In this document: one piece after another, positions 18,316 through 27,266 of the stretch | Layout of the letters: each line of letters opens with the position of its first letter | How positions within the stretch are numbered: position 1 is the first letter of the stretch | NCBI GenBank assembly: GCA_965140445.1 | Contig: OZ223236.1 | Location: 3,328,001-3,392,000, forward strand | Direction: 5' to 3' | Length of the DNA: 64,000 nt | From: Candidatus Ozemobacteraceae bacterium | Lineage (GTDB): Bacteria > Muiribacteriota > Ozemobacteria > Ozemobacterales > Ozemobacteraceae | Made by a program: the position numbers and the translations under genes | The notes under the pieces: model-generated | The model's database searches: none | What the model was told of the DNA's origin: nothing | The model's input: the letters and a program-made list of their open reading frames with translations, nothing else

Positions 18316-19476
18316 TTAGATTGGCCTGGTGTTGTATATTCTGAAATATTTGCATGTATTGCGAACGTGGGTTTCGCATATCCTGACGAATTGGGTTGTA
18401 TCACGAAATCGTTTTAACTCATCGAAGGGACTCCTGATTTTTGAAATGGTTGTGGTAGAAACATGGGTATAGATTTCCGTTGTTTTGGAACTACTGTGAC
18501 CGAGAATTCCTTGAATTATTCTTAAGTCTGTGCCACTTTCAAGCAGGTGAGTGGCAAAGCTGTGTCTAAGTGTGTGTACTGTCGCATGTTTTTTTATTTC
18601 AGCTTTCTGGCAGGCGGTTGAAAAAATGTTCTGAATGCTTTTGACAGAATATTTGATGCCAGGCTGAGTGCTTTCAAATAAATATAATTTGGGTTGATAC
18701 TCCTTAAGATACTGCTCTATCATTGAATATAGTTTGTCAGATAGAGGAACCTGGCGATCTTTCTTTCCCTTGGATTGTTCGATCAAAATAATTCCCCTAA
18801 CCGGATCTATATTTTTGATTTGCAAATTAACCGCTTCACTTATTCTTAAACCAGCAGAGTAAATTAGCGAAATGATCAATTTATGTTTTAAATTGCATAT
18901 TTGCTTAATTATGCTGGTAACTTCCTTTTTTGATAAAACCACAGGCAGTCGGTGAGTTTTTCGAGGACGTAGTGAAAGAGTTGGCATATTCTTTCCTTGC
19001 ACTGTTTCCACATAAAACTTTATAGCGTTGATCGCCATATTCTGATATGAATTGCTGACCTTTTTTTCATCAGAAAGATAATTGATGTAAGCATAAATTT
19101 GCTGATCATAATCTTGCAGATCAAGATTTTGAATGAAACATAGAAATTTGACGAGATGATGGCTGTAATTTTTTATGGTGCTCTTGCTGTAGCGTCGCCG
19201 GGTTAAATGATTAATAAATTCAACTGGCAATGCAACAGGTTTGCTTTCTATTTCAACGGTTTCAAGTTCAACGTTAGCGATTGAAACGAGAATCTGCTTT
19301 AATTTATCAAGTGAAATAGCTGAAATTGGAATCTGCCATTCCTTCTTTTTGGAATCATATCTTCTTTCAGGAAGCTTCCTGACAACAGAAACTATTTCTT
19401 CATTGTAGGAAAATGATAAAACATAATTTGTTGATGTCTGTTTCACCATTATTTCAGGCTGGTTTGGCTTTACCAT
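18316..19476 (-). CDS. Tyrosine recombinase (integron-integrase-like, without the IntI insertion) with extra N-terminal HARP-like domain
   Basis: Catalytic residues R (GLRISE), K (SKGKKDR), HTLRH, LGH and Y (TTEIYTHV). SAM-like core-binding region RRYSKSTIKNY...SNSYQNMAINAIKFY; LPVVLSKKEV. N-terminal SFSYNEEIVSVVRKLPERRYDSKKKEWQIP. Confidence 0.9.
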   Translation of the reverse strand: MVKPNQPEIMVKQTSTNYVLSFSYNEEIVSVVRKLPERRYDSKKKEWQIPISAISLDKLKQILVSIANVELETVEIESKPVALPVEFINHLTRRRYSKSTIKNYSHHLVKFLCFIQNLDLQDYDQQIYAYINYLSDEKKVSNSYQNMAINAIKFYVETVQGKNMPTLSLRPRKTHRLPVVLSKKEVTSIIKQICNLKHKLIISLIYSAGLRISEAVNLQIKNIDPVRGIILIEQSKGKKDRQVPLSDKLYSMIEQYLKEYQPKLYLFESTQPGIKYSVKSIQNIFSTACQKAEIKKHATVHTLRHSFATHLLESGTDLRIIQGILGHSSSKTTEIYTHVSTTTISKIRSPFDELKRFRDTTQFVRICETHVRNTCKYFRIYNTRPI

Positions 19477-19722
19477 CGATACCTTCTCAACTTCCTCTTA
19501 CTTTTTCATGTTCTCACTGATTTTCATTTAATCTACAAACTTTCAAGTTTTATAGCATCTTTTATCACTCCATTCAATTATGATTATCTGCTGCGGATTA
19601 GTAATTCTCAAAATTACAAAAGCATTGAAGTCAAATAGGGAGCGAATCTGATATCATTTGTTATCAAAGATATTGACCAGGCGCAACGAAAGTCAGTTTA
19701 TAAATAAGACTTTGGCATTGCC

Positions 19723-19845
19723 ATGGAGCACGATAAAATAAAATTGGGTGAAGAGAGAGCACAAATACTAGTCAAGGCATTACGATGCCTTTCAGCAGTT
19801 TTAGTTTATCCTGGCAGGGAAGTTAACCTAGGATTTGCTGGATAA
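19723..19845 (+). pseudogene. Remnant of an XRE/HigA-like HTH antitoxin gene (C-terminal half)
   Basis: Hand-translated MEHDKIKLGEERAQILVKALRCLSAVLVYPGREV resembles the 'E.....LGVERAK.LA.AL.CHPAVLVFPG' tail of small HTH antitoxins. The upstream frame is interrupted by stops. Confidence 0.5.
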
Positions 19846-19872
19846 TATAATTTAAAATAATGGAATTCCAAC

Positions 19873-20359
19873 ATGGGTATCAAAAATTTTTTAATTGAAG
19901 GTGTGTCCTGCTCTGGTAAAACTACTGTTTGTAACGAACTTCAACGACGTGGGTACAATGCTATCCATGGTGATAGAGAATTGGCTTATCAGGGTGATCC
20001 AATAAACGGGAAAACCTTTAAATGGTTCCGGCCACGAGAATCATATCTGGGATGTAGACAAAGTCAAAGCTTTGATTTCTGACCAAAGCCATCCAATCAC
20101 TTTCTTTTGCGGCGGTTCCAGAAATTTTCACCATTTCATAGATCTTTTCGATGCAGTTTTCGTTCTTGAAGTCGACCTGGACACGTTAAATATGCGCCTT
20201 GCTGAACGCCCAGAAGACGAATGGGGCGGTCAGGAAAAGGAACGTAAAATCATTCGTCGATTACATGCAACCAAAGAAGATATTCCAGAAAACGCAATCA
20301 TAATTGATGCAACGGTATCTTTAGACCATATCGTCGATACCATTCTGGAGAAAACCTAA
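19873..20359 (+). pseudogene. Frameshifted P-loop nucleoside/nucleotide kinase (AAA family)
   Basis: ORF 19873 (GVSCSGKTT) continues in the +1 frame after GGGAAAAC (AAAA at 20011-20014) as PLNGSGHENHIWDVDKVKAL, joining ORF 20072. One extra A explains the split. Confidence 0.75.
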
Positions 20360-20618
20360 TAGTTAAAGCCTATTGCTCTATGACAAGCGTGCCTTATAGA
20401 GTTTTCTTTTTTTCATCTTAAATACAGCTGCACACACTTTTTATAGCAGGAGATTTCTCTTAGATATTTCCCAAAAGTCTTTTATGATATAGTCAGACTC
20501 ATAAACAAGAAAACAATATTATTGTCGGAAGCCTATTTATGTGCTTCTCATGAAAATGTAAACTGCAATTGAGAGATTGTGGTTGTATGTTTTTAAAAAT
20601 TTTTGAATAAGGATCTTT

Positions 20619-21059
20619 ATGAAAAAGCTGTTTTTTGTCCTTCTTATATTAGTTTTCATTCCTTCAATAAGCTATTTACAAGTCCATAAGAGTGATTTCA
20701 GGGAAAAGAGCACTCAAGGACCTGCAATAAAATTTAAGGTATTAGAACACAATTTTGGGGCCCATTTTAAAGGAGAAGATACAACTTATAACTTTGAATT
20801 TTTTAACTCTAGTACTGAACCTCTTGTTCTTAGCAATGTTCGCAGCAGTACCGGTGCTATTACCTTAAAATGGCCAAAAGAACCAATACATGCGGGAAAA
20901 AAGGCCGAAATAATAGTAAAATATGATTCTCAAAGAATAGGCGGTTTTAATAAATCTGTAACCGTTTATTCTAATGCAGGAGAAACTCCAATAGTTCTTA
21001 GAATTAAAGGTAGAATTGTTGTTGCACCACCAGATTCGATAACTGGACAATCAGAATAA
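20619..21059 (+). CDS. DUF1573-like Ig-fold secreted protein
   Basis: Signal peptide; HNFG...Y.FEF.N...PLVL.NV.SS.G....WPKEPI..G...I.VKYD..RIG.F.KSVTVYSN...LRIKG. Confidence 0.8.
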   Translation: MKKLFFVLLILVFIPSISYLQVHKSDFREKSTQGPAIKFKVLEHNFGAHFKGEDTTYNFEFFNSSTEPLVLSNVRSSTGAITLKWPKEPIHAGKKAEIIVKYDSQRIGGFNKSVTVYSNAGETPIVLRIKGRIVVAPPDSITGQSE

Positions 21060-21157
21060 AGAATTCTAGACTCATTGTTACCGCAAACATCCAAAATATG
21101 TTAAGAATCAGCCATAACATTATGTGCAAAGTCTGCAATTGAATTTTTCAGAAAAGA

Positions 21158-22639
21158 ATGGAAAAGACGAAATCACAACCTGAAAATAAGTTAAATTGGG
21201 CCTTACTCATAGGCCTTTTTATCTTTTCGTTTTCCTTTCTCTTTTTAATGAAGCCCTATGTAGACCCGCAAGCTTCAATGGATGCAACTTACTATCATGT
21301 TATGGCTGATCAGCTTGAAAAGGGCAAAGGTTTTGAAGAACCTTTTATCTGGCACCATTTGACCAAATTTGAAGAACTAATCCATCCAACTGACTACTGG
21401 ATGCCGCTTGGAATAGTGCTATTTTATCTTGCCAGGATCGCAGGCGGGGTTTCAGCCGAAGTAATTTTAAACATACTTATCTGGTCGTTTTTAGCTGTTT
21501 CCATTTTTCGCTATTGCTTTAAACTTACCCAGAATTACTTTGCTTCATTTGTTTCATTTTGCATTTTTGCTTTTGCCGGAAAGTATCTTTACTGCTTATT
21601 AACTACAGATAATTTTGCTTTCTACGCTGCACTCGGATACCTTCTTTTACGAATTCTTGGCTCAGAAAAAGCGCATTCAGTCCCATTGGGAATTATTTGT
21701 GGCTTAATAGCCCTTACAAGAATTGAAGGACACATCTTTTCATTTTTTGCCATAATCTTTCATTGGTTTAAAACCAGAGATATGAAGAAGGTATTTATTG
21801 TAATTCTTCTGTTTCTTTTAACAATCAGCCCTTGGGTAATAAGGAATAAAACTGTCCTTGATAGCTATTGGCCTATGAAATCTCAAGTCTTGCTAATGAG
21901 AAACTACGAGGAAATTTTCTATGAGGATTTTGAAGCTACCCTTAGCCATTATCTAGGATTAGGGAAACTGGAGATTTTCAGGCAAAAAGTGGTTGGCTTA
22001 TGGAGTAGCCTTGTTCAGCTAATAGCAGTGCCTGCAATATTTTTATTTATTCCACTCTGGCTTGTGGGACTTATTCCTATATGGAAAAGGGAAGGGCGCT
22101 TTTTTACATTTCTATTATTTTTATTCTGGCTTCTATGTGGCCTTGTTTTTACCTTGCAGGGAGTTAGAGGTACTACAATGCATATAAGTGCTTTCTTTCT
22201 GCCCCATATGGCCCTTATTACTGGCGTGGGATTGGATTACCTAAACAAAATAAAGCGGTTAAAGAAAAGTGTTTACCTCGGGACAGGCATCTTTATAATT
22301 CTCTGGACTATTACCTTTAGCCTGATAAGCTTTAACAAACAAAGCAAAGAATACGACGATGACAATCAGCCTTATAAAGACCTTTTCAAAATGGTATCTA
22401 TCCCCCAAGATGAAAAGATTGTTTCCACCTACCCCATCTATGTTTACAATCTGAATAAAAATCCCGGAGTAATTTCTTTTCGAAAAACAGGGCCAGAATT
22501 GTTGGCTGACAGATACGATTGCACCTACATTCTGATGGATGAAAGACTGGACATAAAAGTCATTCCAAATGAACTAAAATGGGAAAAAATCTATTCAAGA
22601 TATCCAATTAATCTTTATCGCAGGAAGGCCGGATCGTAG
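21158..22639 (+). CDS. GT-C fold (ArnT/GT39-like) integral membrane glycosyltransferase
   Basis: Multiple TM helices; D..YY early loop; LTR.EG and PWVIRN motifs. Confidence 0.65.
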   Translation: MEKTKSQPENKLNWALLIGLFIFSFSFLFLMKPYVDPQASMDATYYHVMADQLEKGKGFEEPFIWHHLTKFEELIHPTDYWMPLGIVLFYLARIAGGVSAEVILNILIWSFLAVSIFRYCFKLTQNYFASFVSFCIFAFAGKYLYCLLTTDNFAFYAALGYLLLRILGSEKAHSVPLGIICGLIALTRIEGHIFSFFAIIFHWFKTRDMKKVFIVILLFLLTISPWVIRNKTVLDSYWPMKSQVLLMRNYEEIFYEDFEATLSHYLGLGKLEIFRQKVVGLWSSLVQLIAVPAIFLFIPLWLVGLIPIWKREGRFFTFLLFLFWLLCGLVFTLQGVRGTTMHISAFFLPHMALITGVGLDYLNKIKRLKKSVYLGTGIFIILWTITFSLISFNKQSKEYDDDNQPYKDLFKMVSIPQDEKIVSTYPIYVYNLNKNPGVISFRKTGPELLADRYDCTYILMDERLDIKVIPNELKWEKIYSRYPINLYRRKAGS

Positions 22640-22644
22640 CCCTT

Positions 22645-23391
22645 TTATTCCAAAACGTCAAATTCTTCAACCCAGCCGTGAGCGCCTTCGTCAATCCAAC
22701 GAATTTCATTATTACGAACAAGCTTTGTATTAGAAACACACATTAATTCTGGATATTTTTCTTCGACCAATCGGTTGCCAGGTTGTCCTCTTTTTCCTGG
22801 AACACACAACCAGTCTGTATATATTTTTTTTGTTTTTAATTTATCCAGAATGTTTGCCAGCCAGGTTCCATGAGTTTGTCCGCCATTCCAGTTTTTGGAC
22901 CATATGTATGAAACTTCTATCTTATTCTTGAGAAAAATTTTGGAAACAAGGTATTCATTTTCACATAATACAAAAATCAAAGTCCGAATTTTTGGGGAGC
23001 CCCAAAGTTTTAACTTATACTCAAAACATCTACCGGAAAAATCAAAATTATCACAAATAGTGTTTGGTTCCTTAATTTCGGGAAGCTCACGAAAAGAAAT
23101 TACTTCAAAACTTCCATGAATTCCGGAATCATCAGCATCAAAATCAAGACCGGATTCAAATTCCTGATAAAAATTAACATCCGTATGTATAAATAAATCC
23201 GGGGCGCATGAATCATCAATCGGCTCGTCCAAAACTATTTCTTCCGGATTTTCTCTTTCAACGCGTTCGCTCCAAAGTTTTTTCCCGGAACAGAAAAAGT
23301 CCATATTGCTTAAATCAATCCCGGAAGAAGGATAATAGCAGATACAGCTATACTTCTTTAATTCATTAATTAAAAACTCTGCACCTGTCAT
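22645..23391 (-). CDS. Hypothetical protein
   Basis: 248-aa ORF with AAGGAG RBS; YYPSSG.D and LFIHTD motifs; no family recognised. Confidence 0.7.
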   Translation of the reverse strand: MTGAEFLINELKKYSCICYYPSSGIDLSNMDFFCSGKKLWSERVERENPEEIVLDEPIDDSCAPDLFIHTDVNFYQEFESGLDFDADDSGIHGSFEVISFRELPEIKEPNTICDNFDFSGRCFEYKLKLWGSPKIRTLIFVLCENEYLVSKIFLKNKIEVSYIWSKNWNGGQTHGTWLANILDKLKTKKIYTDWLCVPGKRGQPGNRLVEEKYPELMCVSNTKLVRNNEIRWIDEGAHGWVEEFDVLE

Positions 23392-23640
23392 AAACGAACT
23401 CCTTTATTTCCAAACGCCAAACTTGCCTTTGCGAATGATAACAAAGCTATTCTAAAAAAGTAAAACAAAAGAATATTTTGTCATTTCTATAAAGTGAATA
23501 TTAATTTAAAACAGACTAGAATTTGGCTAAAAAAAGAATTAAACAATAAGAGCGCTTGAACTCTGCTATACTTCAAATAACAAAGAAACAAAATTACTCG
23601 GCAAAACATTTTTTTGGGATCAATTTGAAGGGAGGAAACC

Positions 23641-23760
23641 ATGGGAGACAAAGGCGGAAAAAAAGACAAAGATAAAAGCAAAAAACAGGCTGATAAAAAA
23701 CATGATAAAAAAGTAAAAGAAGCATTTGAAAAGCAGCCAAAAAAGAAAATAGAAAAATAG
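23641..23760 (+). CDS. Small Lys-rich protein (39 aa), absent from the ORF track
   Basis: GGAGG RBS 5 nt before ATG. MGDKGGKKDKDKSKKQADKKHDKKVKEAFEKQPKKKIEK*, followed by a terminator-like hairpin. Confidence 0.75.
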   Translation: MGDKGGKKDKDKSKKQADKKHDKKVKEAFEKQPKKKIEK

Positions 23761-23796
23761 TTTAAAACTGGTGTAAATCAGAAATCATATACGTAG

Positions 23797-23861
23797 GAAA
23801 CTGGAAGTAAAAGGGCCATTACCAATGGTAACAGCCCCTTGAAATGCCAGTTTCTTTTTTT
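23797..23861. terminator. Probable terminator between the small ORF and oadB
   Basis: GAAACTGG..AAGGG..TTACCA/TGGTAA..CCCTT..CCAGTTTC followed by a T-run. Confidence 0.6.
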
Positions 23862-23869
23862 ATAAAGTT

Positions 23870-25006
23870 CTACACAATTTCCAGAAGAACTCCAGCAGCA
23901 ATTGCCGAACCTAAAACTCCAGCAACATTAGGCCCCATGGCATGCATTAGAAGATAATTTTTAGAATTACTTTCAACCCCAAGTTTATTTGAAACCCTGG
24001 CTGCCATAGGCACCGCCGAAACACCTGCAGAGCCTATCAAAGGATTAATTGGAGTTTTCAAAAACAGATTCATAAATTTGGCAAGAAGCACGCCGGAGGC
24101 TGTCCCTATGGAAAAAGCGATCAAGCCAAGAAAGAGGATTCCCAAAGTCTCAAAACGAAGGAATTTATCCGCTGATAGCTTTGAACCAATGGCCAATCCA
24201 AGAAAAATGGTAATCAGGTTAATTAACTCGTTCTGGGCGGTTTTCATAAGGCGATCAGTAACTCTTGATTCTCTAAGCAGGTTACCAAACAATAGGGCAC
24301 CGATTAATGGAGTCGCCTGCGGAATTAAAAGCACACACAAGAGCAAAATAACCAGCGGGAAAACCATTTTTTCCCTTTGAGAAACCTGACGAAGCTGAAC
24401 CATTTCAATCTTTCGCTCTTCTTCGTTGGTTAAAAATCTCATTATGGGAGGTTGAATAATTGGAACCAAAGCCATATAAGAGTAGGCCGCTACCGCAATT
24501 GCACCTAGCAAATGGGGCGAAAGATTTGAAGCCAGGAAAATGGCGGTTGGACCGTCTGCGCCACCTATGATTGCAATGGATGCTGCATCCTTAAGAGTAA
24601 AGCCAAGGCCGGCATATTCAGACAGTAATAAAGCGCCAATTAAAGTAGCAAAAATACCAAACTGAGCTGCTGCACCGAGAAGAGCAGTTTTGGGGTTGGC
24701 TATTAATGGCCCAAAATCAGTTAAGGCACCGACTCCTATAAAAATCATCAATGGGAATAATCCATTTGCGATTCCAGAGTTATAAATTATACCCAGAAAG
24801 CCTTCAGGCCCCCCTATATTTGCAGTTGGAATATTTGCAAGAATTCCACCAAAGCCAATTGGCAAAAGGAGAAGAGGCTCAAACTTTTTACTAATTGCCA
24901 GCCAGATCAATACAATTCCAACCCCAATCATAATTACCTGTTTGTAGGTAATCAGTGCAAAGCCCGTTGTACAAAGCAAATTGCTAAAAACATCATAAAT
25001 ATTCAT
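23870..25006 (-). CDS. oadB: Na+-translocating decarboxylase beta subunit
   Basis: [50 protein letters not shown]. Confidence 0.95.
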   Translation of the reverse strand: MNIYDVFSNLLCTTGFALITYKQVIMIGVGIVLIWLAISKKFEPLLLLPIGFGGILANIPTANIGGPEGFLGIIYNSGIANGLFPLMIFIGVGALTDFGPLIANPKTALLGAAAQFGIFATLIGALLLSEYAGLGFTLKDAASIAIIGGADGPTAIFLASNLSPHLLGAIAVAAYSYMALVPIIQPPIMRFLTNEEERKIEMVQLRQVSQREKMVFPLVILLLCVLLIPQATPLIGALLFGNLLRESRVTDRLMKTAQNELINLITIFLGLAIGSKLSADKFLRFETLGILFLGLIAFSIGTASGVLLAKFMNLFLKTPINPLIGSAGVSAVPMAARVSNKLGVESNSKNYLLMHAMGPNVAGVLGSAIAAGVLLEIV

Positions 25007-25019
25007 TTGTTTCTCCGCC

Positions 25020-26813
25020 TCAGTTTAAATGGGCAAGCACTTGTCCGGCAGCAACTTGTCCGCCTTGAGCAACCATAATCTTGCCTAGTTTTCCTGAAGC
25101 TGGTGCTTTAATCTCAGTTTCCATTTTCATGGCTTCAATTACAAATAGTGAATCATCTTTCATGACCCGATCACCAGAAGCAAAGTTTACTTTAATAACA
25201 GCACCTGGCAGTGGAGATAAAACCTCAATCTCTTTGCCTGAAGAATTATTTGAAACAACAGGAGCGATTGAATCATGGTCAGAAACAGTGAATTCGTAAG
25301 GTTTGCCGTTTACAATCGCCTTATCATTTTCAAATACCACAGAAAAATCCTTATTGTTAATAGAAACTTTATACCCAGCTGGGTTCTCCGCAGTTTTAGG
25401 GGTTTCTGTTTTTTGATTTTTTCTTACTGAAACAGTTGCTTCGCCCTTTAAGAAGGCAATCCCTTTGCTTTTACAGGTGGCCGCAATAAATACATTTTCA
25501 TCAGTAACAGGCAGGCCTTCTTTTTGGAGCAAAGCTTTTGCGGGGGCGATTCCTTTGTTAGAATCTGAGTCATTTAGTTTCAAAGGGGATTCTTTGGTTG
25601 GTGGCAGGCCAAGCTGTTCTGAAGCAATTTTAACAATTTTTTCATCCGGTTTTACTGGAGTTTTTCCGAAATAGCCGAGCACCATTTTCCCGTATCCATC
25701 AGCAATCTTTTTCCATGGGCCAAGCATAACGTTATTAAAAGCCTGCTGAAAATAAAATTGAGAAACTGGTGTAACTGAGGTTCCGAAGCCCCCAAGCCTG
25801 ACAACTTCGCTCATGGCATCAATGACTTCAGAATAGCGATCCAGGATGTTATTATCACGCATCATCTGTGTATTAGCTGTCAATGCGCCACCTGGCATAG
25901 GTGAGAAAACGATTCTAGGATCAACAGAACGGGACTCTGGTGGCATGAAATACTCACTAACGCAATCAGCAAATACTTTTTCTGCTTTAAGAATTTTATT
26001 TATATCGATGTCCAGATCATAATCGGTGCCTTTTAATGCATGATGCATAGTTAAAATATCTGGCTGGGAGGTTCCACCTGAAACAGGTGCCATCGCTAGA
26101 TCAATACCGTCCGCTCCAGCTTCAATAGCTGCCTTATAAGCTGCAACTGCTGTACCTGCTGTATCATGAGTATGAAAATTTATAAATGTATCCGCTGGGA
26201 GCTTTTCCCGGGCAAGCTTAATAGTTTTGTATACTTTTGCGGGGGTAGAGGTTCCAGAAGCATCTTTAAAACATATAGAATCAAAAGGAATCCCGGCATC
26301 AAGTATCTTTTGCACAACATCTGCGTAAAACTCAGGAGTATGTGCGCCTTCGCAGCCTGGAGGCAATTCCATCATTGTCACAACAACCTGATGTTTTAAT
26401 CCAGCTTCAACAATGCATTTACCACTGTAAATAAGGTTATCTACATCATTTAAAGCATCAAAATTTCGGATAGTGGTAACGCCATGCTTTTTAAAAAGCT
26501 GAGCGTGGAGTTTTATAACATCGCTGCTCTGGGATTCCAGGCCAACAACATTTATTCCCCGGGCGAGAGTTTGCAATTCAATATCTGGACCTACAGTTGC
26601 CCGAAATGAGTCCATCATATCAAAAGCGTTTTCATTACAATAAAAGAATAAGGATTGAAATCTTGCGCCTCCACCAGACTCAAAATACCTGATTCCAGCA
26701 TCTTTTGCCGCTTCAACCGCAGGTAAAAAATCTTTGGTCAAAACTCTTGCACCAAAAACAGATTGAAAGCCATCTCTGAAAGAAGTGTCCATGAATTTAA
26801 TAATTTTTTTCAT
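25020..26813 (-). CDS. oadA: Oxaloacetate decarboxylase alpha subunit (carboxyltransferase + biotin carrier)
   Basis: RDGFQS, FDALND, CFKD, HTHDT, PGG motifs; C-terminal EAMKME biotinylation motif. Confidence 0.92.
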   Translation of the reverse strand: MKKIIKFMDTSFRDGFQSVFGARVLTKDFLPAVEAAKDAGIRYFESGGGARFQSLFFYCNENAFDMMDSFRATVGPDIELQTLARGINVVGLESQSSDVIKLHAQLFKKHGVTTIRNFDALNDVDNLIYSGKCIVEAGLKHQVVVTMMELPPGCEGAHTPEFYADVVQKILDAGIPFDSICFKDASGTSTPAKVYKTIKLAREKLPADTFINFHTHDTAGTAVAAYKAAIEAGADGIDLAMAPVSGGTSQPDILTMHHALKGTDYDLDIDINKILKAEKVFADCVSEYFMPPESRSVDPRIVFSPMPGGALTANTQMMRDNNILDRYSEVIDAMSEVVRLGGFGTSVTPVSQFYFQQAFNNVMLGPWKKIADGYGKMVLGYFGKTPVKPDEKIVKIASEQLGLPPTKESPLKLNDSDSNKGIAPAKALLQKEGLPVTDENVFIAATCKSKGIAFLKGEATVSVRKNQKTETPKTAENPAGYKVSINNKDFSVVFENDKAIVNGKPYEFTVSDHDSIAPVVSNNSSGKEIEVLSPLPGAVIKVNFASGDRVMKDDSLFVIEAMKMETEIKAPASGKLGKIMVAQGGQVAAGQVLAHLN

Positions 26814-27034
26814 GCTTTGTTTCCTTGCCCGGAAAAAATGCGGGCAGCTGCAATTGCAAGTGCAATTTCTTCGTCCTGATTGCTTTGTTTAGAAATTAGA
26901 CCATCATTAGATGGTTCTTCGGGGAAAAATTTCATCACAAAGGCCATTAATTCAATAAGAGCAACAACCAAACCCAGAAAGGTAAAAACCGTGACCATTC
27001 CGACAAAAGCGACAGTAAGCCCTGAAAGAAGCAT
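26810..27034 (-). CDS. oadG: Decarboxylase gamma subunit (OadG family)
   Basis: GM.TVF.FL TM segment and EEIALAIAAA. AAGGAG RBS before ATG 27034; ATGA overlap with oadA. Confidence 0.85.
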   Translation of the reverse strand: MLLSGLTVAFVGMVTVFTFLGLVVALIELMAFVMKFFPEEPSNDGLISKQSNQDEEIALAIAAARIFSGQGNKA

Positions 27035-27148
27035 AGAAGAACTCCTTCTGTAACCCAATTGGACTTTTTTCTTATTTTTTTAGTCCCGCAACAAAAATTT
27101 CTGTATGTAAAATTGAAGATTTAACTATTTTGTTTAGCTTCAGCAAAG

Positions 27149-27180
27149 ATTATACTTTTAATGGCACTTGTTAGCAAGTG
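27149..27180 (-). promoter_or_regulatory. Sigma70-type promoter of oadGAB with palindromic operator over the -35
   Basis: Minus strand TTGCTA (27177-27172)-17 nt-TATAAT (27154-27149). Palindrome CACTTG-N4-CAAGTG at 27165-27180. Confidence 0.6.
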
Positions 27181-27266
27181 AAAAAAATAACAAACTAAAA
27201 TGTTTTTTAGGGCTATTTTGCAGTTATAAAAGGAGATAGGGGACAAACGAGCAAAATATTGAGAAA

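Noticed and set aside
18362..18376. Gram-positive-type LexA box (GAAC-N4-GTTT) near the cassette start
   Set aside because: Only the core matches, it lies at the integrase 3' end rather than in its promoter, and the host's LexA motif is unknown. It is better explained as part of the att-region palindromes.
20008..20015. Programmed -1 frameshift at GGGAAAA
   Set aside because: Rejoining the frames needs +1, the heptamer is not in the X XXY YYZ phase, and no stimulatory structure is evident.
21100..21140. Possible attC remnant (GCCATAAC...) after the DUF1573 gene, and a similar AAAAGGCAGCC tail after phzF (~45280)
   Set aside because: No complementary stem or matching GTT core follows; too weak to call.
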